Made by a program: the position numbers and the translations under genes
Notes under the pieces: generated by a model
The model's input: the letters and a program-made list of their open reading frames with translations, nothing else
Told to the model about the DNA's origin: nothing
Database searches by the model: none
Part shown: one piece after another, positions 53,241 to 63,185 of the stretch
How the letters are laid out: each line of letters starts with the position of its first letter
Position numbering within the stretch: the stretch's first letter is position 1
Source of the DNA: Nitrospira sp. CG24A
GTDB taxonomy: Bacteria > Nitrospirota > Nitrospiria > Nitrospirales > Nitrospiraceae
Assembly: GCA_002869925.2 (NCBI GenBank)
Contig: NEWT02000035.1
Span: forward strand, 587,442 to 651,441
Reading direction: 5' to 3'
DNA: 64,000 nt

Positions 53241-56144
53241 CTATTTATTGGCGAACGCCTCATCCCATTCCGCCCCTGCCCGTGGCTTCCATTGGAGGCT
53301 GTAATATTCCCCGCGATCTCTCGCCCAGGGATCAAACACGTTCACCACCCCGTGAAGCTCGCTTGCCAGTTCCGGCATCGTCCGCAACAACACACGCTTC
53401 AGAGGAGAGACCGGCTGCTCATGGCCATTGGGCTCGCCCTGTTCCATGATCTCAGGGCCAGGTCCGTTGTTCGTCACCCAGTCGACCCCAAACGTGGTGT
53501 AAAACTCCGGGCGAAAACTGGAAGTGAAGAATCGGTCGCTGAAGAGGCGGCGCGAGGCGTTGAGAATAAACACGACGAATTGGGTTTCGGATATGGCAAA
53601 GCCATGCGGCCGCCTGAATTCCGCCAACCACCCCACCACGGTATCGACATCCTCGATATTGTCGACCAGGCTGCCGTTCGGATGACCTAGACAATCGTTG
53701 ATGGGCGATCTGTCGTCGTTCAACTGCGCCTCGGTAATTTTTTTGGAGGCATCGCACTGATGCTGCCCGTAGACGTCCCGCAACAGCGTCACGAGCTGCG
53801 CCTGCTCATGCCGAACCGGCGAATCCTCTGGTAACCTCGTATCGACAAAGTCATCGAATATAGTCAGTTGCTTCAGGCCATACTGCCGGCGGAACTCGTT
53901 GTAGCGCGGTACGCCACGCTCCCGATCACGGATGAGGTCGAGCGCCGCCACGTCAATCTGTTGCGTGGGGGATTGCAGGCGGGGCATCTTCAGATTTTGC
54001 AAAAACTGCGGATGGTTTTGAAGGGTCAGGGTCCCCAGCCGCTGACGGCCCATGCTGAGCGCCCAATTGGCTAGCCCATTCTGCCGCATCGCCTCGGTGG
54101 CCTTGCCTCGAAATGTTTCGATCACCGGCACCTTCTGTCGGATCACGTTCGGGTCTTTGTTCCACTCACGGTACTCGATCAAGTCCGGCAGCAATGGGTG
54201 CAACCGGTACGCGGTGATGAACTCCTCGGGGAAATTGAAGGGGGAGCCGAAGTGGTTGACGCCGCCGTTGACATGATCGTCGTTGTTCAAATCCCAACGA
54301 TCTTCTTTGTTGGGATCGATCAGGCCCACGAGCGACACTCCCTCGTATACCCTGTTGCCCAGCCCGAAGATGCCGGGTCCACCGGCAAAGGCCGCGTAGA
54401 GACTGTTCGCCTTCTTGGCATTCCCCGAGTCGCCAAGGCGTCTCACGACTTCCTTTAGCGCCCCTGACACCGTTTCATGCTTTGCGAAGACCCCGCTCCA
54501 GTTGGCGTTCATACCCCGGTTCAACGGCTCGTTGTAGAGCAATTGCGTCGTCCATTCGATCGTGTGGATTTTCGCAATCTCAGCCGCGACAACCAACCGA
54601 GCCACTTCGAACAACTCATTCGGCGTAACATCTCGGTAACGAATGATGGCGTCGGGATCGGCGGGATTTCTTAACCCGCTATCCACATCGGGCGTGAGCG
54701 CAGCTTGGTTCCTAAAAGCATCCACAAAGGTATTGTGCTCTCGCGCAAAGACGTTGTGGAAAAAGCTGGTCCCGATACTCCAGTTGTCCGGAAAAGCTGT
54801 GGCTTCTTGACCGGCCCACTCAGGATTAATCGGGTCACCCGCTTCGAAGACCGGCAGATAGCCCGGCTTGTCGCTCTGACCTACACCCGCTCCGACCTGC
54901 ACCAGCTGCAACTTGGCTAGATCTTTTGGATCGCGCTTCACTCGCTGGCCGGACCGCTCGTCGTATCCATAGAGCTGGGAGGCATCCCACCAGGCCGTCA
55001 CGTGATTGGCTGTGGTTTTTGGCGCCCGCGTGAGATAGGTTTTGCCGCCCTGCGTGAATGACCTGGGTGCTGTGTCCTCAGCGATGATCGCCGCATCGAT
55101 CTTGTCATTGGGCCGGCATCCCAACGTCTCTACGCCCGCTCCCGTCAGCACCTGCTCGATGTTCTTGACCCGCTGCGTCGTACAGCCGACGGCCATCCAT
55201 TCCGGTCGATTGCGCCCCTCTTCAAGATGCGCGAACCAGTCGTGGGTCATGAACTGGATCCAGAACGCCGCCAGCACATTGAAGAACGGAGCTTTTTTAT
55301 ATTCACACTCAGCCTCTGTTGCGCTACCAGGCAAACCGTACCCCTCGCGACATGTGTCCGGCTGCGGCTGTGCGCGAGTGAACAGCATTCGGCTAATCAC
55401 TTGAGGATCTGGCTTCAAAAGCCCTATTCGATCTCCATGGCGATTCTTGGTCAGCTCATTCAGGCCCAAATCAGGAAACGTGGTGTCGAAATCCACGTTC
55501 CGCGCAAAGAGCTGATGCGTCGATCCCATCAGAGGATTACGGATGTCGTTGCAGATACCGGTCAGGGTGCGGAAACGTATCAACGCTCCGCGACAGACCT
55601 GTGCCTGACCCCCACCGACAGATGCGAAATCGGGATGGCCCTGAGGCAATCGCAGTTCCGGCCAGGTATTGAGCACCGGCCCGGCCTCTCCCTCCCGGCC
55701 TGTGACATACGCTTCGTAGGTCTTGTTGTTATCGAAGAGATTGAACTTAATGAGTTCGATACGTTGCAAGTCCAGCTCATAGAGTGTGCCGTTGATCCCG
55801 TGTGCATTGGGGCCGATGACCTTGGCATTGACCAACAGATGCGCAGGGGCGCGGGATGTGGCATCGCCGACAGCCCAATAATTCGGCCAATCCTGCCAGG
55901 GCCCCGCTCTCAGACTCTCGGCCTTCTTTCCTCCAAGACAACGAGCGGTGGTGTCCGGCACCTTCCCTACAAATCGCTCCTCTCTGGTCTTCGCCACCTT
56001 TTGAATATCCCCCTGCAGGAGCATCTCCGCACAATCTTTCGTGGAGTCCACGAAGGTCTCGAACGGGCTGTGCCCGGCACAGCCCCCAAGCACACAGAGT
56101 CCCGCCACGATCACATACCATGACCCCCTACCTATTGGTCTCAT
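53241..56144 (-). CDS. Lipoprotein of the peroxidase-cyclooxygenase superfamily, alpha-dioxygenase/COX-like fatty-acid heme dioxygenase type
   Basis: AGGAG Shine-Dalgarno before the ATG at 56144. Lipobox VLGGC. Distal-His motif WIQFMTHDWFAHLE (His codon 55242-55244). KIHTIEWT. Tyr/proximal-His motif EEFITAYRLHPLLPD (Tyr 54207-54209, His 54198-54200). Confidence 0.85.
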   Translation of the reverse strand: MRPIGRGSWYVIVAGLCVLGGCAGHSPFETFVDSTKDCAEMLLQGDIQKVAKTREERFVGKVPDTTARCLGGKKAESLRAGPWQDWPNYWAVGDATSRAPAHLLVNAKVIGPNAHGINGTLYELDLQRIELIKFNLFDNNKTYEAYVTGREGEAGPVLNTWPELRLPQGHPDFASVGGGQAQVCRGALIRFRTLTGICNDIRNPLMGSTHQLFARNVDFDTTFPDLGLNELTKNRHGDRIGLLKPDPQVISRMLFTRAQPQPDTCREGYGLPGSATEAECEYKKAPFFNVLAAFWIQFMTHDWFAHLEEGRNRPEWMAVGCTTQRVKNIEQVLTGAGVETLGCRPNDKIDAAIIAEDTAPRSFTQGGKTYLTRAPKTTANHVTAWWDASQLYGYDERSGQRVKRDPKDLAKLQLVQVGAGVGQSDKPGYLPVFEAGDPINPEWAGQEATAFPDNWSIGTSFFHNVFAREHNTFVDAFRNQAALTPDVDSGLRNPADPDAIIRYRDVTPNELFEVARLVVAAEIAKIHTIEWTTQLLYNEPLNRGMNANWSGVFAKHETVSGALKEVVRRLGDSGNAKKANSLYAAFAGGPGIFGLGNRVYEGVSLVGLIDPNKEDRWDLNNDDHVNGGVNHFGSPFNFPEEFITAYRLHPLLPDLIEYREWNKDPNVIRQKVPVIETFRGKATEAMRQNGLANWALSMGRQRLGTLTLQNHPQFLQNLKMPRLQSPTQQIDVAALDLIRDRERGVPRYNEFRRQYGLKQLTIFDDFVDTRLPEDSPVRHEQAQLVTLLRDVYGQHQCDASKKITEAQLNDDRSPINDCLGHPNGSLVDNIEDVDTVVGWLAEFRRPHGFAISETQFVVFILNASRRLFSDRFFTSSFRPEFYTTFGVDWVTNNGPGPEIMEQGEPNGHEQPVSPLKRVLLRTMPELASELHGVVNVFDPWARDRGEYYSLQWKPRAGAEWDEAFANK

Positions 56145-56416
56145 CAACAGCTCTCCTCATTGTCAGAAATCGGCTCACACTCCATACACGTCAGGCCACG
56201 AAAAAACCCCACCAGGTTCTTTTCCCCACCTGTAGAGTATATCTCGTGAAATGTGGTGTGCTTTCTGGCCTATCCGGCCATTTCACGCTGTATCATGTCT
56301 CACGACGCATGAGGCTGCTGTGCGGAGAGGGCACAATCCTGTCGCTGCCGATTCGGCCAAGAATCCCGGGATTGTGTGAATGGTGAGGGAACGGGCAGAA
56401 TCAGGAATACACAAGG

Positions 56417-58030
56417 TCAGGGCACATCGTTTGCGCAGCGCACGCCGAGCGTCGGCCCCCAGTAGGTCACGTCATCCCATCCTCGATAGCTGGACTGAAT
56501 ATTAGGCGATTTTTCATTCCACTCCCCGCCCCGCAACACACGGAAGGAGCCACGCGACGGGCCCTGTGGATCTCGAACTGGAGAGGTCTGATAGAAATCT
56601 TCCGCGTACCAATCTTTCACCCACTCTGACAGGCTGCCAATCAGATCGAACGCTCCGTAGGGCGACGACGTCGCGACCTGACGCCCGACCGATTCGCCTC
56701 CGTTGGTGTCGGCCATGAGATGTCTTTTTGTCATATGCCGTTTTGCAATCTCTTCATCATTGCCCCAGGGATACCGGCGGCCATCTGTCCCTCGCGCCGC
56801 CTTTTCCCATTCAGCCTCTGTCGGCAATCGTTTGCCTTGCCACTGGCAAAAGGATCGCGCCTGGCTCCATGTAATGTCGGTCACGGGATTCAGCGCCCGC
56901 TGTAGGTCGTCGAACCTCTGGCGGTCTTTGGGTGGCGTGCAGCCCCCCCCTTCCACACACTGTCGGTATCGCGCGTTCGTCGCTTCGTATTGATCGAACC
57001 AATAGGAACTGAGATGCACACGATGTAAGGGGCGAGCATCTTGCTGCCCATCCTCCGTACCCATCCAGAACTCTCCGGCTGGAATCAGCACCATTCCCTC
57101 CGGTTGAGCGATGCCTTGTTGGACCAGCTGCTTCAGTTCTTCTTCCTGTGCAGTTTGGAGTTGACCGTTCACCCGCGCGATCGCCTTGTCGTCCTGCACA
57201 CTCGACGCATGATCCCGCGACGGGCTCGGCTGTGGCTGCGGGGAGACCACTGTTGGATGGTCGCTCTTTGGCAACGTTCCGGCAACGTGATCTGGAGGCG
57301 GTGGCATTGAAGCCGCGCCCGTATTCCTCACCGTCTCGATCAGCACCGTCGTCCGCACGACCTCATGGGCAAGGCCTTTGCTCTCGACATTCCCCTTGGT
57401 AGGCTTTCTCACTTTCCCAATCATTGTAAAATCGAAATCTGGGATATTCGCGAGGAGAGGCGTGGCATAGCTGATCGGCACCGCAAAAGACATCCCTTCT
57501 GGCACGATCCCGGAAGGATGGCTGAATTTGCTGGTCATCACACCAACCACTTCTCCGCGCCCATTGAAGATAGGCCCTCCGCTGTTGCCGGGGTTGACGG
57601 CCGCATCCACTTGAAAAACTCGCTGAACACCCCTCGTCCGTACCGCTGCAATTCGACCGCGAGTCACGGAGACTTCTCGGAGACCGAACGAAAACCCGAC
57701 GGTGATGACTTCTTGATCGAGCCTGACGGCACCCGCATACCCAATGGGCGCTTCTGTCAGTCCGACCGTTTCAATCTTGAGCAAGGCGAGGTCGTGTTCG
57801 GAATCGGTACTGACAAGGGTCGCCGGCGCGCGAAATTCCCCGGCGGTGAGGACAAAAATCCGTTTCGCATCCGCGATCACATGCTCCGCCGTCAGAACAT
57901 ACCCATCGCTATGGACAATCACCCCACTCCCAGCCGGCTTGCCGGCTGGGGGGTCCTGCCGCTCGGCTCCCCAGAGGCTGCTGGAGGTAGCGACGATTAT
58001 CATCCAGAGAAGAAATGCGATTCGTCTCAT
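56417..58030 (-). CDS. Fusion of trypsin-like (S1/HtrA-type) serine protease and FGE-sulfatase (SUMF1-like) domain
   Basis: N-terminal part: VLTAEHV, DLALLK, GNSGGPIF. C-terminal part: MVLIPAGEFWMGT, RVHLSSYWFDQYEATNARY, ITWSQARSFCQWQGKRLPTEAEWEKAARG, RVLRGGEW. Confidence 0.85.
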   Translation of the reverse strand: MRRIAFLLWMIIVATSSSLWGAERQDPPAGKPAGSGVIVHSDGYVLTAEHVIADAKRIFVLTAGEFRAPATLVSTDSEHDLALLKIETVGLTEAPIGYAGAVRLDQEVITVGFSFGLREVSVTRGRIAAVRTRGVQRVFQVDAAVNPGNSGGPIFNGRGEVVGVMTSKFSHPSGIVPEGMSFAVPISYATPLLANIPDFDFTMIGKVRKPTKGNVESKGLAHEVVRTTVLIETVRNTGAASMPPPPDHVAGTLPKSDHPTVVSPQPQPSPSRDHASSVQDDKAIARVNGQLQTAQEEELKQLVQQGIAQPEGMVLIPAGEFWMGTEDGQQDARPLHRVHLSSYWFDQYEATNARYRQCVEGGGCTPPKDRQRFDDLQRALNPVTDITWSQARSFCQWQGKRLPTEAEWEKAARGTDGRRYPWGNDEEIAKRHMTKRHLMADTNGGESVGRQVATSSPYGAFDLIGSLSEWVKDWYAEDFYQTSPVRDPQGPSRGSFRVLRGGEWNEKSPNIQSSYRGWDDVTYWGPTLGVRCANDVP

Positions 58031-58815
58031 GGTCGAATCGGGATCACCACACTAATGGCACCGGCATTTTGTCCGAGTCTAAGTCCCTCTCGGGCATACC
58101 CGGTTCGGTCCACTTCCCCTTTGGGGTCGCCGTGACACTCCAGGCATTTCCTTGTCGTATAGAGCGGAAACATCAGACTCAACGACTTGCTCTTCGCGGT
58201 CACTTCGCTGATCACTTTTTCACGGGGATAGGAAGGATCAGCAAATGCCTCCAACGCCATTCGCTCAATAGCATCCGGCGCATTCAAGGGGTTGCGAGGC
58301 GCCAACGCGGTCTGTTTCAGCCGCACATGTGTTCGTTCCGTAAATCGGGTGGCCACTCGTGCGCCGAAAATCGCGGGAATCAACTCTTTGTGCCCGCCAC
58401 CTGGGCGATTGACCTCAGCGCGGGCCTCTGCGACCACGTGCTTACTCGCGACAACCAATTCTTTGAGCAACTTCTTCGCTTCGGCTGGAATTCGCGCCGC
58501 CTCAAACTCTTGTAGATCGATACCGGAGCGGCTACGAAAGACTTCCAGTAATTGTCGTTCAAACAGGTCGGTGGTAAAATTTTTTCCTGTTTGATCCTGC
58601 TCATCGAACAAGACTTGGTGCTCGTTGATCACATTTCTGCCGGAATCGAGGAGGACTGCCAGGAGACGAGCGGTCGTCTCGAATTCAAGGATGGTGGAAA
58701 GGGGAACATTGGATTCAGGCTGGCGTTCCTTCGCACCAACACCTTCACTGCTTACCCAACCGGACATGGTGCAGGCCAGGAGAGATGCGATAACCCACCT
58801 CGGGCGACTCGCCAT
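58027..58815 (-). CDS. Periplasmic heme-binding protein (DUF3365/Tll0287-like)
   Basis: Signal peptide. A single CxxCH (KCLECHGDP) near the C-terminus. The stop overlaps the downstream start (ATGA). Confidence 0.7.
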   Translation of the reverse strand: MASRPRWVIASLLACTMSGWVSSEGVGAKERQPESNVPLSTILEFETTARLLAVLLDSGRNVINEHQVLFDEQDQTGKNFTTDLFERQLLEVFRSRSGIDLQEFEAARIPAEAKKLLKELVVASKHVVAEARAEVNRPGGGHKELIPAIFGARVATRFTERTHVRLKQTALAPRNPLNAPDAIERMALEAFADPSYPREKVISEVTAKSKSLSLMFPLYTTRKCLECHGDPKGEVDRTGYAREGLRLGQNAGAISVVIPIRP

Positions 58816-59268
58816 AACGTCTACCCTGCTGCGTACACATGGTGGAAGAACGTGTGAGACGCGATCCCCTATCCGCTAGGGCGCAAACAGCAAACCCCTG
58901 ACAGACAAATGGTACGTTTGGTCATGCATGAAGTCAAGACGTACACCCCGGCTTCTGTACGAAGACCGATGGATGTCGACCATGATGTGATCGGCAGAGC
59001 TCAGGAACCGACATCTCTCACCAAAAAAGAGTACCCTCAGGATGCTCACAAAGATTGGCCGGCGATCCATGCCTCACGATCACCGGCCAATGCAATAAAA
59101 GAAGCATCAATCACGTTGCAAAATACGTTTCATCGTTCAGATTCTTGAGTACAACGCGAGGGGGTTGTGACCTCAGGCGAGCAGCGGCAGCGTCCTCCCT
59201 TCTCAATAATTGCCAGCACTACTCGCCTGTCCTTGCCTCACCACCCTCACTCTGGAAGCTACCTTCCC

Positions 59269-59637
59269 TTATTTCGGAACAGAAATTTTGTATTCATCGA
59301 AGGGCGTCGTCAACACCGCTATTCTGAACAGCTCGTCTGCTGCCTTCGGATTAATTCCACCATCCCGATTCTTGAGCATCTTGAACCACTTGTCCATTCC
59401 GACCCGTACGGCCTCTGGATTGCCCCGTATCGACGCTTTCTTCATAAAGTTCAGCTCGCTGAGATATGGTTCCCAATTGGCTGGCACATCATTGGTGGTG
59501 GGATACCGGCTCTTATAAAAATTCACCGAGCTGCTGAGTTCATCCATCCAATTCGTCGATTGAGCCACTGCAACCCCCCCGGCGAACAGAGTCAGCGCAC
59601 AAAAGACTGCAACGATTGTTACGAGTACGGCTTTCAT
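59269..59637 (-). CDS. Small secreted hypothetical protein
   Basis: AAGGAGG Shine-Dalgarno before the ATG at 59637. Signal peptide MKAVLVTIVAVFCALTLFAGGVAVA. Confidence 0.6.
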   Translation of the reverse strand: MKAVLVTIVAVFCALTLFAGGVAVAQSTNWMDELSSSVNFYKSRYPTTNDVPANWEPYLSELNFMKKASIRGNPEAVRVGMDKWFKMLKNRDGGINPKAADELFRIAVLTTPFDEYKISVPK

Positions 59638-59865
59638 GGGGGCCTCCTTTCCTTCATTCAATCGAAGGGTGTCAACACCGACGGAGCAAGCATGCCATCT
59701 ATTCCTCCGCGACCTCCTTTCTTTGACGACATGCGCTTTTCTACTGACTGCCTTTGATCTTGATTCTCACGTGGGACTATTTTATCGAGCCTCGCAAACG
59801 AATCCCATCGCCCAAAGGGAAGTTTTCGCCTACACCGTTCGGGTGAGGGATTAAGAGGATGAACG

Positions 59866-60510
59866 TTACTTGCTGTTGAGATAGGCCAGGATCGCTTCGA
59901 CCCGGCCGGTGACGCCGAGTTTGCGATAGACGTGGTGGAGGTGAGTTTTCACGGTATCGGCAGAGACGCACAACTGATCGGCAATGTCTTTATTGCCACG
60001 CCCAGACGCGGCACAAGCCAAAATCTCCCGCTCACGCTCAGTCAACAGTGCGACACCAACGGGCGCCCCACTCCCGGCCTCTTCCAGTGCGGAGGCCACC
60101 TTCCGAGCAAAGCCGTCCGGCATGAAGGGGGAATGCACTCGTTCCCCCCGGTAGGTGGCCCGGATGATGCGAAGAAACTCGGCATGGTCGGCATCCTTCA
60201 GAATGTAGCCGCAGGCACCGGCTTGCACCGCCGCCACGATTCTCGCATCTTCATCATGGACCGACAACATCAAGACTTTCACGTCAGGGAGACAACCCCT
60301 GATCAGGCGCGTGGCCGTCACCCCATCCAGTCTCGGCATATCCACGTCCATTAAGATGATATCGGGCTCGGTTTTGATCGCCTGATCAAAGGCCTCGCGC
60401 CCATCGTTCGCTTCTCCAACCACTCGCAGATCCGGTTCACGTTCGAGGAGCAGCCGAAGGCTTTGCCTAAAGAGCCGTTGATCATCGGCAATCAGCAATG
60501 TGGCCGGCAT
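59866..60510 (-). CDS. NarL/FixJ-family response regulator (REC + LuxR HTH)
   Basis: LLIADDQ, DIILMDVDMPRLDG, LTEREREILACAASGRGNKDIADQLCVSADTVKTHLHHVYRKLGV. Confidence 0.9.
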   Translation of the reverse strand: MPATLLIADDQRLFRQSLRLLLEREPDLRVVGEANDGREAFDQAIKTEPDIILMDVDMPRLDGVTATRLIRGCLPDVKVLMLSVHDEDARIVAAVQAGACGYILKDADHAEFLRIIRATYRGERVHSPFMPDGFARKVASALEEAGSGAPVGVALLTEREREILACAASGRGNKDIADQLCVSADTVKTHLHHVYRKLGVTGRVEAILAYLNSK

Positions 60511-62812
60511 AGGCCTCCTGGTTCAGCGGCAGTTCGACGGAAAAGACCGCGCTGCCGGACGAACGATTCTCCGCCCAAATCCTCCCCCGATGGCCTTCCA
60601 CCACGAGGCGGCAAAAGTGCAATCCAAGCCCTCGTCCCATTCGAGTGTCTCCGGGATCTTTCCTCCTGCCAAACATCTCGAACAGGTGAGGAAGATCTTC
60701 AGGCGCAATGCCGGGGCCCTCGTCCGCAACCCGAATCATGACCTGGGAGGATGACGTGTTGAGAGATTCTCGATCCGCCCATTCTCGCGCCTCCACGTGA
60801 ACCGACACCGTAATCCTTCCTCCTTGTGGAGAAAACTTGAGTGCATTGTGTACGAGATTGATGAGCACCCGTAACAAGCGACGACGATCGGCTGTCATCG
60901 CGACATCCTCCTCCAGCATCTCGAGATGAAAAGCAATTCGCTTCGCGGCGGCTTCGGATCGAAAGAGCTGCACCACGTCAACGACCAGACTGTTGACCGA
61001 TACCGTCGACGTCAAGAGTGGCAGCCCGGAGTAGCTTTCTTGATACACATCCAGCATATCGTTAATCATGCCGAGCAACAGGTCGATGGTGAGGCGCATA
61101 TCGTCCCACCATGGTCGGTGCCGAGCCAATTGTGACCCTTCATCGTGTTCGAGCAACTCCAATGTCTTCTTGATCCCCACTAACGGATTGCGGATATCGT
61201 GGGCAAACATCGAGGCAAACTGACTGAGTGAGGCGAGGCGTTCCGAACGGATCAACTGCTCTTCGAGGCGCTTCTTTTCCGTGAGATCGCTCAACTGGAC
61301 CATGACGGCAACCGCAGATCCGGTGTTCTCAACCGGCACCAGATCGACTTCCATGATAAGCATGCCCGCTGTAGGTGAAGGCATCTGCATCTCGCCGACT
61401 AACACGTCTTTCTTGGTGGCGATCACTGCTTCCAACAATTGGCGCAACCGGACGCGATCCTCCTCCCGAAAAAGATCTTCCGCCTTCGTGCCGATCAGAC
61501 GACCGGCCGATGCCGCCAACTTCGTCTCGCCTCGACGATTGACAGCCTGAATGAATCCCTCTTCGTTGACGAGCAATCTGGTCTCCGTTGAATGATCCCA
61601 CAACATTCGATAATGTTCCTCGGAAATGACCAGTTCTTTGTTTGCCCGCTCGAGTTCAGCCACATACCGTCCCCGTTCACGAGATATACGCTCCAGGCGC
61701 TCCGTTAATTCATCGAAACTCGCGGCCAAGGTATCGATCTCCACAATGTCGGCAGACTGCGCGACCATCATCGGCGTCTCACCACTCTGCTGTCCGAAGC
61801 GCTGCACACGCTCGACCAACGCGTTGATAGGCCTCACAATGCGGCGACCGAGGCGCCATCGAAGCAGAGCAACCACGGCGAAGACCAGCATGCCGAACGC
61901 GACGAGCTTCCACAGCAATAAACGCAAGGGCGCGTACGCTTCGTCGGGATCTTGGCGGACCAGAATGGACCACGTTTCCGCCTGAACAATGCCTGGTCGA
62001 AGCCCCACGGATGCGAACCCGACGATCCCGCCTCCTTGACCGTGAGCATCGTCCTGAACTTCCATCCATGCAGCATCAGGAGGAGTGAGGTTCGAGGCGA
62101 GTGAGTCTCTTAGCGGGCCTATCAGAGCCGTATGTCGTCCTGGTGGGAGAAGCGGGCAGGCCAACACCGTTCCCTTCGGCCCAACCAACATCACATGGCC
62201 GGTTTCGCCGATCCTACTGCGAAGAACCGAGGTCAAGAGCTGGTCCTTCTCGATCACCGCCTTGATCGCACCCAATACAATCCCGACCTCATCGACGATC
62301 GGCACGGCGATGTCCAACTCCCCATCGCCCCTTTCGTCGAGTCGTAACGCCCCCACCCATAGTCGTCGCTGATCAAAGACGACCGGCCACCAGGGCTGTC
62401 GACTGTACTGCGTCGTGGGGTGTCCGCTGGTCGCTCTACCGACGGAGCGACCTCGACGATCAAGAATTTCCAGCGACCGAAAATACGGCCGTTGCGACTC
62501 CTTCCACCGCTCAAGGACCTGGTGGTCAAACGTCAGCCTGGTACCTTCTCGAACCGCTTCACGTACCTGTGGTAAGGAACTGAGACGTTCCACCCACCCG
62601 ACCTCTTTTTCGAGGATCAACCCGACTTTATCTGCGCTCTGGCGGGCAAGTTCTTGAAACCCGAGGCCGATGGCCTCGCTGAACGAATGTTTGGTCTGCC
62701 AATACGCATAGGCTAGACCAAATGCGCCGGAAAACAAACCGATGGAGAGGACGGAGAGTGTGATCGAACGCTGAAGACTGACCCGCTTCCTCATAGGGCA
62801 CCGAAGAATCAT
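60482..62812 (-). CDS. Sensor histidine kinase (periplasmic sensor, HAMP, PAS, HisKA, HATPase)
   Basis: H-box FASMFAHDIRNPLVGI, N-box LINLVHNALKF, G-box GRGLGLHFCR. Overlaps the regulator gene by 29 nt. Start at 62812 or 62794. Confidence 0.9.
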   Translation of the reverse strand: MILRCPMRKRVSLQRSITLSVLSIGLFSGAFGLAYAYWQTKHSFSEAIGLGFQELARQSADKVGLILEKEVGWVERLSSLPQVREAVREGTRLTFDHQVLERWKESQRPYFRSLEILDRRGRSVGRATSGHPTTQYSRQPWWPVVFDQRRLWVGALRLDERGDGELDIAVPIVDEVGIVLGAIKAVIEKDQLLTSVLRSRIGETGHVMLVGPKGTVLACPLLPPGRHTALIGPLRDSLASNLTPPDAAWMEVQDDAHGQGGGIVGFASVGLRPGIVQAETWSILVRQDPDEAYAPLRLLLWKLVAFGMLVFAVVALLRWRLGRRIVRPINALVERVQRFGQQSGETPMMVAQSADIVEIDTLAASFDELTERLERISRERGRYVAELERANKELVISEEHYRMLWDHSTETRLLVNEEGFIQAVNRRGETKLAASAGRLIGTKAEDLFREEDRVRLRQLLEAVIATKKDVLVGEMQMPSPTAGMLIMEVDLVPVENTGSAVAVMVQLSDLTEKKRLEEQLIRSERLASLSQFASMFAHDIRNPLVGIKKTLELLEHDEGSQLARHRPWWDDMRLTIDLLLGMINDMLDVYQESYSGLPLLTSTVSVNSLVVDVVQLFRSEAAAKRIAFHLEMLEEDVAMTADRRRLLRVLINLVHNALKFSPQGGRITVSVHVEAREWADRESLNTSSSQVMIRVADEGPGIAPEDLPHLFEMFGRRKDPGDTRMGRGLGLHFCRLVVEGHRGRIWAENRSSGSAVFSVELPLNQEAYAGHIADCR

Positions 62813-63185
62813 GCCCGATGCTGGGATGGAGGTGCTGGTGCCTTCTATTCCAACGCTTCCCCACAGGGAATGTCAAGGGTCTATAACAACCTGTACGCCA
62901 TCAAACGACACAATCTTTCGATGTGGACGCCATCATCTCTGGCCTTCCTGAGCAGCGCTAGGGGCCTCCCTCCTCGTTATTTGCATGCCACTTTTTCCTG
63001 AGACTTCAACATTGCAAACGGCGTATACTGCACAGGTTGAGTGCGCCATCATGATCACAGCGGAGCATTGATCATGACAGTCGTCTCCGCCACAATCGAG
63101 TTGCCGTCGAGCAATCCTCTATCCCCCTCAATCATTCCAGCAGCGACCTCTGTCGGGAGGTCAGGCCACCACAGGAGGTGTCACC

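Noticed and set aside
52833-53690. 285 aa plus-strand ORF spanning both repeats and the 3' end of the heme dioxygenase-like gene.
   Set aside because: It overlaps a well-supported minus-strand gene by ~450 nt. The remainder is repeat sequence with low-complexity translation.
56417-57100. Diversity-generating retroelement targeting the C-terminal FGE/C-lectin-fold domain.
   Set aside because: There is no reverse transcriptase gene and no template repeat matching the gene's 3' end anywhere in the window. The C-terminal codons show no Asn/AAC-rich variable-region pattern.
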